A stretch of DNA of 64,000 nt from assembly GCA_964581055.1 (NCBI GenBank), contig CAZOMJ010000076.1, positions 3,059 to 67,058 on the forward strand, written 5' to 3'. This DNA is from an uncultured Candidatus Kuenenia sp. (GTDB lineage: Bacteria; Planctomycetota; Planctomycetia; Pirellulales; UBA1268). Both the position numbers and the translations under genes were made by a program. Below, piece after piece: positions 36,715 to 47,798 of the stretch (position 1 is the first letter of the stretch; every line of letters starts with the position of its first letter). The notes beneath the pieces are model-generated. The model had not been told where the DNA came from and ran no database searches. It worked only from the letters and a program-made list of their open reading frames with translations.

Positions 36715-37566
36715 TCACGGCTGAACCGCCAGCCGTGGCGGCGTGTTGGTGAACGTCCGCCAGGCGGTGCGGCTCACCTCCTCTGCAGCACTGTCTTCTT
36801 GCACGGTGTCTTCCGCCGACGGCATGGGCGTCGCCAACTCCGCACCGGAAGTATCGCCGGAAGCATCGTCCAAGGACGCCGTTCCTTCGTCGGGTCGCAC
36901 AGGGACAAGAAAGGATTGCGGATCGGCAGGCGCTGGCGGCTGCGGTTCCGGCCGGGTGTTTTCGGGTTCGTCGGGAAGATCCGACGCAGCCGGAGCGGGG
37001 AGGTCTGCGGTGGCCGCATCAGACTCGAGCGATTCTTCCTCCGCGCCGGGCACCTCGGCCCGCGGCGGTCGTGCCGGCGTGGCGGCGTCATTGTTCGACG
37101 CTTGAACCACGCCCGCGCCAGGCCACTTCCGCCACCGTGTGCCGTAATACCCAAAGACATCCGGGCGCACCGGGCAATGGGCGGGGCAGAGGCCGTGCTG
37201 GCACTGCGAATGTCCGTGGGTATGTCCTTCGGCGAGCCGGCACTGGGGACAGGCGGACCGCTGGCAATGGCTGCATTTGGCCTGACCGGGAGCGGCCCCC
37301 CCCGCCGGCATCACAGCATGGTCGACCTTGGGGCTGCGGGCGGCGACTCGCGCGTCGGCCCGAGTCACCGTCGGCCGGCCGGTGGACGACAGACTGCTGG
37401 CTGCTGCACGTGCTTGACCAGGCCTCGCCTGTGCCGGACGCATTGCCGCCGGCTCGGCGGCCGGAAGCACGCCCGCCAGCGCGACGGCAAGCACCACCCC
37501 GCCCCACAGGCGACATGGCTTCGAAAACTGTCCGCGGTGGAGGCTTTCACGCACGGTTGCATCCAT
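36715..37566 (-). CDS. Hypothetical exported protein with Cys/His-rich motif and acidic low-complexity tail
   Basis: Hydrophobic leader; 'CSHCQRSACPQC...HTHGHSQCQHGLCPAHCP.RP..FGYYGTRWRKWP'. Confidence 0.65.
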   Translation of the reverse strand: MDATVRESLHRGQFSKPCRLWGGVVLAVALAGVLPAAEPAAMRPAQARPGQARAAASSLSSTGRPTVTRADARVAARSPKVDHAVMPAGGAAPGQAKCSHCQRSACPQCRLAEGHTHGHSQCQHGLCPAHCPVRPDVFGYYGTRWRKWPGAGVVQASNNDAATPARPPRAEVPGAEEESLESDAATADLPAPAASDLPDEPENTRPEPQPPAPADPQSFLVPVRPDEGTASLDDASGDTSGAELATPMPSAEDTVQEDSAAEEVSRTAWRTFTNTPPRLAVQP

Positions 37567-37774
37567 CCCAGTCGTCCTTTTCTGAACGGCATGCCGCCGC
37601 TGGCCGTCAATCCCGCTGCATTCGGAAAAGCTTGCGCAACCGGATCATCGTCCAGCCTGCTCGAAAATCTTTGGGTGTTCCGTTCCCTGGTGCGGGCCCA
37701 CCGAAACCGTGATGAAAAACGAAGGCGGGCGGGGGCCACAATCGCGGTATAGACTCTGAAACACCCCCCCGACC

Positions 37775-40700
37775 GTGTCTGCTCAGGCCCCCCATCCTGT
37801 GAACCGTTCACCGAAACGCCTCAATGTTCGCGTTCTGATGACGGTGCTGGCCGTTGCCGGCATGATCGTGGTCTTGATCGCGGTCATCCACCGCATCCAG
37901 GTGACCCGGAACGCAGGGGCCTTGGCGCGACTCGCGCGAGCCAAGCAGCAAGAGGGCAAGTCCACGGACGCGATGGGGCTGTATGCGCGGTACCTCGCCT
38001 ACCAGCCAGACGATGCGGCAGCACAGGCCGAGTTCGCCCGCCTGCTGATCGAGTTTGCCGAACTCCCCACCGCGACCAAGAACGACCGCACCTTTGCCTA
38101 CTCCCGGCTCGAAACGGCGGTCCGCAAGAACCCTGACGATCTGCTGCTCCGCAAGCGGCTCGCGGATTGGATGCTCCGCTTCAACCGGCCCGGCGATGCC
38201 ATCAAGGAACTGAACATCCTCCGCGAGCGGCTCGTGGCCGGCCGGCCCGGGAACACCGAGCAGGAGGCCGTCGAGCTCGATGCCATCGATGTGCTTCGGG
38301 CAAGGGCGTTCGTCGGCAGTGGCAGATTCGAGGCCGCTGCCACCGCCGCCGCCGCGGTCATTGGATTCGACCTGAAGACCAAGGCCTTCAAAGAGGGGGC
38401 GGAACCGAAAACGGGAATCAACGCCCACGAGGCCTCCATACTCCTGGCAAATCTGTTGGAGACGAAGCTCAAGTCGCCGGACTCAGGATTGGTCGTCCTC
38501 GAGCACTTGACCACGTCCAACCCAGAGGATGTCGAGGCTTGGCTCGCGCTCGCGGGATGGCACAGTTCCCACGGCAACATGGCGAAGGCAGCCGCCGCGT
38601 TTAGGATCGCCGCGAAGATCGCTCCGGACGATCCCAATGTCGTGTTCGCCGACCTCGAAATGTCCCTTTCCGAGAAGAGGTACGAGGCCGCCGAGCAGAT
38701 TGCGACCCGGGCCCGCACGCTGTTTCCCAACGACGAGCGAACCTTTCGGGCGCTCGCCTCATCTGCCATGCAGCGGCAGGATGTCGAGAAGGCCATTTCC
38801 GTCCTCCGTGAGGGCTTGGAAGCGCAGCCGGGCCAACCGGTTCTGCTTCGGATGCTGGCCGATATCCTGCTGCAACGAGGTCGGCTCGACGAGGCGGAGG
38901 AGACGATCGACACGTTCGTGGAACTGCACGGCGACAAGCGACCGCCGGTGGGAATGCTCCAGGCGCGGCTGATGATGGCAAGAAAACGCTGGCTTCCTGC
39001 CCAACAAAAGCTCGAGTCCATCCGCCCCCTCGCCGCGGACTCGGATCAACTGACCAGGCAGATCGATCTCATGCTCGGGCAGTGCTATGAAATGCTGGGG
39101 CAGTTCGACGCGCAACTCGCGGCCCACCAGCGGGTGCTTCTCGGAGACTACAACTCGCTGGCCGCACGCATCGGCGTGGCCACGGCCCTGGCGTCATCCG
39201 GCAAGCCGGACGCCGCGAGGGCGGAGTTCGAAGCGATCGCCGCCGCGATTCCGCCAGAGCGGTTGACCAAAATCCCCGAGGTCTGGTACCCGCTGATCCA
39301 ACTTCGCATCGCCGACCAGATGAAGCGTCCCCCAGCCAACCGTGACTGGTCTCCGGTCGAGCGGCTCCTCGACTCGCTGGAACAATCGCCCGTCGTCTCG
39401 GATTCGCAGCTGGTGCTGCTCCGTTCCGATCTTCTCGTTCGCAAGGGTGACGCAGCCGCGGCCTTCGAAATCCTTCGGAAGCATGTGGATGCCAACCCGT
39501 CGAATCCCCAGACGCTGGCGGCCCTCGTTTTGCTCGTACTCCGGGAGCAAGGCCCCGCGGCGGCCCAGGAGGTGCTCGAGAAGGCACCGGCCGCCATCGC
39601 CGAGGACCAACTGCTGCTGTCGGTTGGGGCGCAGCTGGCGGCGCAACTGCCGGCGGAGGAGTCCGCCGCGGCCTTGGCGCATCTCGAGCAGAAGGCCCTC
39701 GACATGCCCGACGAACAACAGGTCCGGCTGCTCTCGACGATCGCCTCGATCCACCGCGGCATGGGAGATCAGGAACCGGCCGAGCGTGTCTGGCGGACCG
39801 CGATCAGGCAACGCCCCGACGACCTGCTCATGCGCACCGCGTTGTTCGAACTCGCCTGCGAGCAGGGCGATGTCGAAAAGGCACAGGCCGGCGCCGATGA
39901 AATCAACCGGCTGTCAGGACCGACGAGCCCGCATGGCCGCGTCGCGCAGGCCGCCACGATGGTGCTCGCCGTGCGGGTGTCTCAGGCCAAGAAGACGGCG
40001 GCCACCACATTTGCGACGGACCTCCCCACCGCACCCGATCTTTCCCCCGACGACAACAAACAGCTCGACGCAGCCAAAAACCTGCTTATTGAAGCCGAGA
40101 ACGACAGGCCAGGCTGGGCGCAGATCCAGCAACTTTTCGCCGAGGTCGCGAGCCTTCAGGGGGACCTCCCGACCGCGATCGAACGATTGCAGCGGGCAAC
40201 GCGATTGGGGCCGGCCAATCCGGCGGTGATTCGCCAGCTCGTGGCACTCCTCTACGGTTCCGATCGCCTCGAGGAGGCGCAGCAGGCCCTCGCCATGGTC
40301 GGCCCCGATGGCCTGAACGGCTTGGAACGGATCTCCGCCGAAATCGACCTGAAGGCGGGCCAATTCGACAACGCCGTGGCGATGGCGGAACGGAGTCTTG
40401 CTGGCAGCCGAAAAAACTCCGCGGGCGATCTGCTCTGGTTCGGACAGTTGCTCGCCCGCGCCGGCACGATCGATCGGGCCAGTGAGGTGCTTCAGCAAGC
40501 GGTGGATGCGGAGCCGCAGCGGCCGGAGGGCTGGATCGCGTTGCTGCTGATCCAGAATGCGACAGGCCAGCGTCAGGCCGCCGAACTCACGCTGGAAAAA
40601 GCCGCCAGAATTTTGCCGTCTCCCCAGCGGCAGCTCTTCGCCGCACAAGGGCATGAGTTGCTCGGCCGGATCGACGATGCGGAACGCAGTTTCCGCGAAG

Positions 40701-42175
40701 CGATCAACGAAGCCCCCGACAACCCTGCCGCCTTGCGCAGCCTGGCTGCGTTCCTGGTCAGGCAGGGCCGACTGGCAGAGGCCCGCGAGGAACTGCGGGC
40801 GATCATTGCCGCCACACGGCCGGATTTCGCAACGAAGCAAACCCAGCAGTGGGCCAGGCGCATGCTCGCGGAACTCATCGCCCAAACCGGCAGATACCCG
40901 GACATCGAACGCGCGTTGGCCCTGCTCGACGCCAACGCCAACGCGGAAGGAAGCCTGCCCGCGGAAGACCTCGCACTGCAAGCGGGCATGCTCGCTTCCA
41001 GGCCGGAACCGAGCAGCTGGCAGCGGTCGCTCGACCTCTTCGACCGGCTCACCTCTCTGCAGCCGCTCTCCAATGCACAGCGCTCACAAAAAGCCCTGCT
41101 GCTCGAACAACTGGGCCGATGGGAGGAATGCCGTGACGAACTCCTGTCGATCGCATCGGCACCGAACACACCGCCGCCGATGCTGGCCCTGCTCATCGAG
41201 AAACTCGTCCAACACAAGGAACTGAGCGCCGCGCGAATCTGGCTGAAAACATTGGCCGACCGATTTCCCGACGCGCCGTTCGTCGTCGCGCTGCAGGCCA
41301 AACTGTCGCTGGCGGAAAATGACCGGGCGGCGGCGGTGGAGGCCGCCCGGAAGCTCATGCCGGGCGAGTCACCGACTCCTGAAGTGGCCGGCCAACTGGG
41401 GGCCCTTTCCGCATTGCTCGAGGACCTCGGTCTCAGCGCCGCCGCCGACAAGGTGTTCACCCAATTCGCGGCCGCGTCGAGCGACGGCCTGATCGCCCGG
41501 GCGGGATTCCTTGGGCGAGCGCAGCGGGTCGATGAGGCGCTCGATCTGCTCGAAGGCTCCTGGGACGAACTGCCACTGGAAAACCTTCTTCGCACGGCGT
41601 CGGCGGTGCTGGGATCGCAGTCCGCCAACGTGACGCAGCAGCAGATGGAACGCGTCGGCCGCTGGTTCGAGAAAGCCCACCGCCAGGATCCGGACTCCTC
41701 GGCGCTGACGCTGCTGTTCGCCGACTTCCTCGCCACGACAGGGCGTATCGAGGACGCTGTCGCTGCCTACCGGGCACTCTGGGACCGCAAGGATCTGCCT
41801 CCCCAGCAGGCCGCGGTGGTGGCCAACAATCTGGCATACCATCTCGCGGAGCCGAAAACGGCCGCTGAGGCCGAGAAACTGGTCGCGTTCGCCATCGCCG
41901 AACTGGGTCCCCAGCCAGACGTTCTCGACACACGGGGGGTCGTCCTGCTGGCGGCAGGCAAGGGCAAGGATGCATTAACCGACATCAAGACGTCCATCCT
42001 GGTGCCGACGGCCTCGAAATACATCCATCTCGCCGCGGCCCTGGCATCACAGGACCAGTTTGACGCCGCCCGCCAAGCGGTCGCAGAGGCGAAGAAACTC
42101 GGGTTCGTTACCCGCCAGCTTTTCTCCACGGATCAACGGCTCCTCAAGAGCCTCGAAGCCGCACTTGCCAAGTGA
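37775..42175 (+). CDS. Giant membrane-anchored tetratricopeptide-repeat protein (1466 aa)
   Basis: Basic N-terminus plus one TM (LMTVLAVAGMIVVLIAVI), then continuous TPR-like helical repeats. C-terminal 'DVLDTRGVVLL'. Confidence 0.88.
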   Translation: MSAQAPHPVNRSPKRLNVRVLMTVLAVAGMIVVLIAVIHRIQVTRNAGALARLARAKQQEGKSTDAMGLYARYLAYQPDDAAAQAEFARLLIEFAELPTATKNDRTFAYSRLETAVRKNPDDLLLRKRLADWMLRFNRPGDAIKELNILRERLVAGRPGNTEQEAVELDAIDVLRARAFVGSGRFEAAATAAAAVIGFDLKTKAFKEGAEPKTGINAHEASILLANLLETKLKSPDSGLVVLEHLTTSNPEDVEAWLALAGWHSSHGNMAKAAAAFRIAAKIAPDDPNVVFADLEMSLSEKRYEAAEQIATRARTLFPNDERTFRALASSAMQRQDVEKAISVLREGLEAQPGQPVLLRMLADILLQRGRLDEAEETIDTFVELHGDKRPPVGMLQARLMMARKRWLPAQQKLESIRPLAADSDQLTRQIDLMLGQCYEMLGQFDAQLAAHQRVLLGDYNSLAARIGVATALASSGKPDAARAEFEAIAAAIPPERLTKIPEVWYPLIQLRIADQMKRPPANRDWSPVERLLDSLEQSPVVSDSQLVLLRSDLLVRKGDAAAAFEILRKHVDANPSNPQTLAALVLLVLREQGPAAAQEVLEKAPAAIAEDQLLLSVGAQLAAQLPAEESAAALAHLEQKALDMPDEQQVRLLSTIASIHRGMGDQEPAERVWRTAIRQRPDDLLMRTALFELACEQGDVEKAQAGADEINRLSGPTSPHGRVAQAATMVLAVRVSQAKKTAATTFATDLPTAPDLSPDDNKQLDAAKNLLIEAENDRPGWAQIQQLFAEVASLQGDLPTAIERLQRATRLGPANPAVIRQLVALLYGSDRLEEAQQALAMVGPDGLNGLERISAEIDLKAGQFDNAVAMAERSLAGSRKNSAGDLLWFGQLLARAGTIDRASEVLQQAVDAEPQRPEGWIALLLIQNATGQRQAAELTLEKAARILPSPQRQLFAAQGHELLGRIDDAERSFREAINEAPDNPAALRSLAAFLVRQGRLAEAREELRAIIAATRPDFATKQTQQWARRMLAELIAQTGRYPDIERALALLDANANAEGSLPAEDLALQAGMLASRPEPSSWQRSLDLFDRLTSLQPLSNAQRSQKALLLEQLGRWEECRDELLSIASAPNTPPPMLALLIEKLVQHKELSAARIWLKTLADRFPDAPFVVALQAKLSLAENDRAAAVEAARKLMPGESPTPEVAGQLGALSALLEDLGLSAAADKVFTQFAAASSDGLIARAGFLGRAQRVDEALDLLEGSWDELPLENLLRTASAVLGSQSANVTQQQMERVGRWFEKAHRQDPDSSALTLLFADFLATTGRIEDAVAAYRALWDRKDLPPQQAAVVANNLAYHLAEPKTAAEAEKLVAFAIAELGPQPDVLDTRGVVLLAAGKGKDALTDIKTSILVPTASKYIHLAAALASQDQFDAARQAVAEAKKLGFVTRQLFSTDQRLLKSLEAALAK

Positions 42176-42191
42176 TGCTTGCCAAGTGACG

Positions 42192-42509
42192 TCAGTGGCC
42201 GCCCTGCAACATGCGTGACTTGGCCAGGGCGTCCTCGGCCTCGGTGATGCGTCCGCCACGCATGCACGCCACGCTCAACGCGGTATAGCTGAACGGATCA
42301 TTGGGCTCGAGTTCACAGGCCCGCCGGGCATGCCGGATCGCCTCATCGTGTCGTTCCAGACGGGTGCACCAGGCCGCCAACGCCGAGTGGGCCAGCGTGA
42401 AGGTGGGGTGCTCCTCGACCAAGACCTCCAAAGCGGCCACCGCTTCGGCAAGTTTCCCCTCGTTTTTGAGAGCTTCGGCGGCGGCATACCGGTCGTCGCA
42501 GGTCGTCAT
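42192..42509 (-). CDS. Small TPR protein
   Basis: 'YAAAEALKNEGKL.EAV..LE...P.FTLAHSALA..DPFSYTALSV'. Start at MTTCDD. Confidence 0.8.
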   Translation of the reverse strand: MTTCDDRYAAAEALKNEGKLAEAVAALEVLVEEHPTFTLAHSALAAWCTRLERHDEAIRHARRACELEPNDPFSYTALSVACMRGGRITEAEDALAKSRMLQGGH

Positions 42510-42732
42510 GCTGAAAATCTCCATCCATCAGTAAATTCGCCCGAGCGCGTAGTGTAGCGACTTTCCGGAGTCTGGCGAGCCGAGAGAGGACGGGGGGACT
42601 CTGCGATCGATGCCAAACTGACATTGAATCGAGGATCCTCATAAGCCGATAAACCGCTTCTGTCGGCTTGCAGCGCCGACCCGCCCGCGGTAATCGCGGC
42701 AACGGTGGCCCCCATCCGGCGTGGAACACCCC

Positions 42733-43584
42733 GTGAGCATTCATCCGTTGGCCAACGTGAGTCCCGAGGCCCGTCTGGGCTCCGGCGTGAGCATCGGGGC
42801 TTTTGCCAGCGTGGAGGCCGACGTCGAACTCGGCGACCACTGCGTGGTCGCTTCGGGCGCGGTTGTGAAATCCGGCGTGAAGGCAGGATCGCACAATGAA
42901 TTCGGCGAGCACTCCGTGATCGGCGGGGCCCCGCAACACGCCGGTCGCCCCCAGCACATCGGGCGGGTCGTGATCGGCGAAAATAACGTCTTTCGCGAAT
43001 ACGTGACGATCCACAGGGCCCTCAAGCCCGAGACCGCGACGACGGTCGGCAACGGGAATTACGTCATGGCGAGCGGGCATTTCGGCCACGACTGCACGGT
43101 CGGCAACCATGCCATCTTCGCCAACGGAGCCATGCTCGGCGGCCACGTGTCGGTGTCGGACCGTGCCTTCGTCTCGGGGGCGGTCGCCGTCCACCAGTTC
43201 TGCCGTGTGGGCCGTCTGGCGATGGTGGGCGGTCACGCCCGTGTCGTTCAGGACGTGCCCCCTTTCATGCTCCTCGACGGGCAGAGTGGCTGCATCGTCG
43301 GGCTCAACATCGTTGGGCTGCGACGCAGCGGACATACGGCGGAAGACATCGCCGCGCTCAAATCGGCCTACCGACTCGTGTACCGTCGCGGCCTGCCTTG
43401 GAAAGATGTTCTCGAGGCTCTGCGGACCGAGTTCACTGCGGGGCCCGTGACGCAGTTGCTCGAGTTCCTGTCCGCAGGCACGCGTGGATTCGTCCAGGAG
43501 CGACGGGCCCCACCGGCGGCGACGCTCCGACTGCGAGTGCCTGACGAGGATGCCGCAGCCCCGATTCGGATCAAAGCGGGCTGA
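42733..43584 (+). CDS. lpxA: Acyl-ACP--UDP-N-acetylglucosamine O-acyltransferase
   Basis: Hexapeptide repeats, 'IGGAPQH', 'FREYVTIHR', catalytic 'HFGHDC', 'GGHV' and 'AVHQF'. Confidence 0.9.
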   Translation: MSIHPLANVSPEARLGSGVSIGAFASVEADVELGDHCVVASGAVVKSGVKAGSHNEFGEHSVIGGAPQHAGRPQHIGRVVIGENNVFREYVTIHRALKPETATTVGNGNYVMASGHFGHDCTVGNHAIFANGAMLGGHVSVSDRAFVSGAVAVHQFCRVGRLAMVGGHARVVQDVPPFMLLDGQSGCIVGLNIVGLRRSGHTAEDIAALKSAYRLVYRRGLPWKDVLEALRTEFTAGPVTQLLEFLSAGTRGFVQERRAPPAATLRLRVPDEDAAAPIRIKAG

Positions 43585-43778
43585 CGCACCGCTTTTCCAG
43601 GTCTTTGCAGGGCCAGCGGCGCCGGTTGTGCCGGTTTTGACGCTCCGCGAGGAATTTCCGGTGCCGGGGAATCGCCCGGCCGCGAAAGATGGGGCAAGAT
43701 TGCAGGGGGTGACCGGCACGACGCCGGACCGCCACTTCCCTCCGGCCTTTCTCCCATCTGGCTCGTGCCGACATCGCC

Positions 43779-45908
43779 ATGCAGTCTTTTCCTTCGGCGG
43801 GGCCGAATCCGCCTGCGGCGGACTCGCCGCCCGGCGACCTGATGCTCCCCGGCCACACGCCTGCGTCCGCTGCGACCGCGATGAAGCGTTCCATCGCCAG
43901 ACGGCTGTTGTTCTGGTTTCTGATGATCGCGCTCATCCCTTGTGCGGTGCTCACGGCAATCACCGCCCAGATCGCCTCGAGTGCCTTGGAGAATTCCGTC
44001 CGCGAAAGCCTGGTGCGCATCGCCTCATCGAAAGCCACCGAACTTGAGGCGTATGCGCTGGAACGCCTTCGCGACGGCAGGGCGCTCTCCGGCGAACCAG
44101 ACGTGATCCGCGTGGCCCGTGACCTCGGATCGGTCACCGGCGCCGCCGGCACCGTTGAGGCAACCACCGCCCTCCGCAAGGCCTTCGGCGCGAACACGTC
44201 GGGGGTCGCTGGATTTCTCGCCCATGCCGCGAAGGCGTTCGGCTACTCGCATCTGCTCGTGATCGACGCAACGGGCCGTGTCGTCCTCGCGCTGGACGAA
44301 TCGCTGCCGCTCGGTTCCTCGGTGCTGGCAGGCGGCCCGACATCGACACCACTCGCCATCGGCTTCGACAGGTCACGCACCACCCAGCAGACGGAGCTCA
44401 GCGGTTTCCAGTCCCTCGGCACGGCCGGGCCCCCGGTGGCGTTCGTGACGAGCCCGATCGTCGACGAGGGCAGGGTCGTCGGCGTTTTGGCACTGGGGCT
44501 CGGACCACAACGCATTTGGGAGATGCTCTCCGACCTTGGCGGGTTGGGGAACACGGGCGAGATCGTGACGGGCGAGAGCCAAGGCGACACCGTTCTGGTC
44601 ACCGCGCCGTTGCGGCACGAAAACAACGCGGCATTCCGCAGGCTGATCCCGCTCGGCTCGACACGCGGATCGGCAACCCAGCGGGCCGCGAAGGGCGAAG
44701 AGGGATACGGGCCGGCGATCGACTACCGGGGGCAGAACGTGGCCGCCGCCTGGCGGTTCCTGCCCACCCTTCGTTGGGGATTGTGCGTCAAGCAGGACGC
44801 CAGCGAAGCCTATGCGCTCCTGCGGTGGCAACGGGCTGCCACCATCGGCCTCTCGCTCGCCACGATTCTAGGCGTTACCCTGGCGGCTCTCGCCCTCGCT
44901 CGGAGCTTTTCCACCCCCATCCAGACGGCCGTGACCGTCGCCCGGCGCGTGGCAGCGGGCGACCTGCGGGCCACGGGCATGCCGACTGACGACGGCAGCA
45001 CCGGGGACGACGAAACCGGCGCCCTGCTGACCGCCATCCAGGCGATGACCAACAACCTGCGGGGGCTGATCGGAAGGATCCAGAAATCATCGGTGGCGCT
45101 GATCTCGACCGCCACCGCGATCCAAGCCACCTCCAGCGAGCAGCAGCAGGTGATCGCCGACTACGGCGCCTCGACGAGCCAGGCGGTCGCGGCGGTCAAG
45201 CAGATTTCGGCCACGAGCCAGGAACTACTGCGGACCATGACCGAGGTCAACGACATGGCCGCCCATACGGGGCTGATGGCGACCGACGGCCGCCAGAACC
45301 TGGCCAGCATGGATGGCACCATGCGGCAACTGGCTGACAGCACGCTGTCGTTCAGTTCCAAGCTTGCCCAGATCAGCGAGCGGGCCTCGACCATCAATCT
45401 GGCGGTTACCACGATCACGAAGGTGGCCGACCAGACGAACCTGCTCTCGATCAACGCGGCGATCGAGGCCGAGAAGGCCGGCGAATACGGTGCGGGGTTC
45501 CTGGTCGTGGCCCGCGAGATTCGCCGCCTTGCCGACCAGACGGCGGTGGCGTCGCTCGACATCGAGCAGATGGTCAAGGAGATGCAGCACAGCGTTTCGG
45601 CCGGTGTGATGGAAATGGACAAGTTCGCGGGGCAGGTCCGCTCGAGCGTCAGCGAGATCAGCGACGTCTCCTCGAAACTGGGCGAGATCATCTCGGCGGT
45701 GCATGGCATCAACGGTCGATTCGAACAGGTCACCGAGGGCATGCGGGCGCAATCGCAGGGCGCGGCACAGATCCGCGAGGCGATGATTCGTCTCTCCGAG
45801 GGAGCAGCCCGCACGGCCTCGTCGCTCGAGGATTTCAACAAGGCGACCACCCACCTGCGCGGCGCGGTGGGCGACCTCAAGGAAGAAGTGTCGCGGTTCA
45901 CGATCTGA
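43779..45908 (+). CDS. Methyl-accepting chemotaxis protein (WspA-like): TM, periplasmic Cache-like domain, TM, HAMP, MCP signalling domain
   Basis: '[37 protein letters not shown]'. Two TMs. Start may be 43822 or 43881. Confidence 0.93.
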   Translation: MQSFPSAGPNPPAADSPPGDLMLPGHTPASAATAMKRSIARRLLFWFLMIALIPCAVLTAITAQIASSALENSVRESLVRIASSKATELEAYALERLRDGRALSGEPDVIRVARDLGSVTGAAGTVEATTALRKAFGANTSGVAGFLAHAAKAFGYSHLLVIDATGRVVLALDESLPLGSSVLAGGPTSTPLAIGFDRSRTTQQTELSGFQSLGTAGPPVAFVTSPIVDEGRVVGVLALGLGPQRIWEMLSDLGGLGNTGEIVTGESQGDTVLVTAPLRHENNAAFRRLIPLGSTRGSATQRAAKGEEGYGPAIDYRGQNVAAAWRFLPTLRWGLCVKQDASEAYALLRWQRAATIGLSLATILGVTLAALALARSFSTPIQTAVTVARRVAAGDLRATGMPTDDGSTGDDETGALLTAIQAMTNNLRGLIGRIQKSSVALISTATAIQATSSEQQQVIADYGASTSQAVAAVKQISATSQELLRTMTEVNDMAAHTGLMATDGRQNLASMDGTMRQLADSTLSFSSKLAQISERASTINLAVTTITKVADQTNLLSINAAIEAEKAGEYGAGFLVVAREIRRLADQTAVASLDIEQMVKEMQHSVSAGVMEMDKFAGQVRSSVSEISDVSSKLGEIISAVHGINGRFEQVTEGMRAQSQGAAQIREAMIRLSEGAARTASSLEDFNKATTHLRGAVGDLKEEVSRFTI

Positions 45909-45958
45909 CGGCACGGACACCCCGCCGTTTCCTGCCGCCCACTCGCGCTCACCCGGTC

Positions 45959-46465
45959 ATGCAACTGCTCTCTTTCACCGTCGGGGCAGAGGATTACGCG
46001 ATCGAGTCGCGCCGGGTGATCGAGGTTCTGCCGCTCGTGGCCGCGCGGCCGATCCCCCGCATGCCAGACTTCATTCGCGGCATCTTCACGCACCGCGGCC
46101 GGCTCGTCCCCCTCGTCGACCTCGGGCGGTTGCTGACCGACACTCCACTGCGGGAACGGCTCAGCACGCGAGTGATCGTGGTGGAGTTTGCCTCGGGCGA
46201 CGATCCGGCCAACCAGCATGCCATCCGGCTGGGGGCGGCTGCGGAGAACGTCCTGTCGCTCTGTTCCATTTCCGAGGCCGATTCCGAGGCCGAGACGTCG
46301 TTGCCCACACTGCATCCGCCCCACGCCCCCTACCTCGGCCGCCTGCTGCGGATCGACGGCCGCACCATTCAGCTACTCAACGTGGAACACCTGCTGCCAC
46401 CATCGTTGATTGCCGGCCTCGTCGCTCCCGCCCCGGCATCGACCGGAGGCCAATCCAGGTCATAA
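45959..46465 (+). CDS. CheW-like protein (WspB-like)
   Basis: 'MQLLSFTVGAEDYAIES..VIEVLP...RGRLVPLVDL'. Confidence 0.88.
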   Translation: MQLLSFTVGAEDYAIESRRVIEVLPLVAARPIPRMPDFIRGIFTHRGRLVPLVDLGRLLTDTPLRERLSTRVIVVEFASGDDPANQHAIRLGAAAENVLSLCSISEADSEAETSLPTLHPPHAPYLGRLLRIDGRTIQLLNVEHLLPPSLIAGLVAPAPASTGGQSRS

Positions 46466-46478
46466 TGACCGATCCGCC

Positions 46479-47798
46479 ATGCACGCCGACGCCATACAGC
46501 CTGTCGCCAACACACCCTCCAAGGCATGCCCCCCTGCCGAGACGTTGCTGGAGCGTTGGATCGGGCTCGATTCACAAACGGTCGGCAGCGCGGCCATCGC
46601 CCGCGCCGTACGGGTGCGGATGGAGGCTTGCGGCGACCCCGACGAAGAGACCTTCCTCGCTCGTCTCGCCCGAGATGCCGCAGAGCAAGGACGGTTGATC
46701 GACGAGGTCGTCGTGCCGGAAAGCTGGTTCTTCCGGGATCAGCAGGTCTTCGATTTTCTCCGGGAGTTCGCCATCACGTTCGCCACCACCCGGAGGCAGG
46801 CTCCGCTCCGCATCCTGTGCGCGCCCTGCGCCGCCGGTGAGGAACCCTATTCGGTTGCGATGGCGCTTCTCGAAGCCGGACTGTCCACGCCGCAGTTCTG
46901 CATCGATGCGGCCGACGTCAGCCACGCCGCCGTCGCCCGGGCTAAGGCCGCGACCTACTCGGCCAACGCCTTTCGCGGCACCGACCTCGCCTTCCGTGAT
47001 CGCTGGTTCCGCACGCGGGGGGCGGTTGCCGAACTCGACGAGACGGTGCGGAATCAGGTGCACTTCTCCCGGAGCAATCTGCTCGACGAGTCATTCGCCG
47101 CCGACCGGCCGCCGTACGACATCATCTTCTGCCGCAACCTGCTGATCTACCTGACCTCCGACGCCCGCTGCCGCGTGGAGATGGCGTTCGACCGGCTGCT
47201 GGCGCCGGACGGCCTGCTCGTGCTGGGGGCGGCCGAACCTCCGATCCTGAAGGGCTCATGGCTCCCGGTCGCCGGCACTGCGGCGTTCACGCTGGGGCGT
47301 GGCACGCGGGCGAATGGCTTGCCCGTTCCCACGTCGATGCAGCCGCCCGCCGTCACCGCTGCACCGATCCGTGGCAGCTTGGGCCGCCTCCCCGCGGGCG
47401 CCCCATCTGCAGCCCCTGCGGCCGTGCATGCCCCCCGCGGATCAGCTGCGAACGAGCCCGTCACCCCCAGACCGCCGACGGGCGACGAACTGCTTCGTGC
47501 AGCGCACGAACTGGCCAACGCGGGCCGCCGCGTCGAAGCGATGGAAGCATGCCAGCGGCATCAGCAGGCCGCTGGCCCCTCCGCGCAGGTCTTTTTCCTG
47601 ATGGGCATGCTGTACCAGGCGTCCGGCGACCTCGAACGCGCCGAGGCCAGCCTGCACAAGACGCTCTATATGGACCCCGCCCACGACGAGGCGTTCCTGT
47701 CCTTGGCGGTCGTGGCGACGCAGCGTGGGGATGCTCCGATGGCGGAACACTACCGCCAATCCGCCGCCCGGATACGGGCGCGTAAAGGGTCATCATGA
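46479..47798 (+). CDS. CheR methyltransferase with C-terminal TPR (WspC-like)
   Basis: 'VVPESWFFRD', 'CAAGEEPYS' and 'DIIFCRNLLIY'. TPR 'AQVFFLMGMLY...LHKTLYMDP.H.EA'. Confidence 0.9.
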   Translation: MHADAIQPVANTPSKACPPAETLLERWIGLDSQTVGSAAIARAVRVRMEACGDPDEETFLARLARDAAEQGRLIDEVVVPESWFFRDQQVFDFLREFAITFATTRRQAPLRILCAPCAAGEEPYSVAMALLEAGLSTPQFCIDAADVSHAAVARAKAATYSANAFRGTDLAFRDRWFRTRGAVAELDETVRNQVHFSRSNLLDESFAADRPPYDIIFCRNLLIYLTSDARCRVEMAFDRLLAPDGLLVLGAAEPPILKGSWLPVAGTAAFTLGRGTRANGLPVPTSMQPPAVTAAPIRGSLGRLPAGAPSAAPAAVHAPRGSAANEPVTPRPPTGDELLRAAHELANAGRRVEAMEACQRHQQAAGPSAQVFFLMGMLYQASGDLERAEASLHKTLYMDPAHDEAFLSLAVVATQRGDAPMAEHYRQSAARIRARKGSS

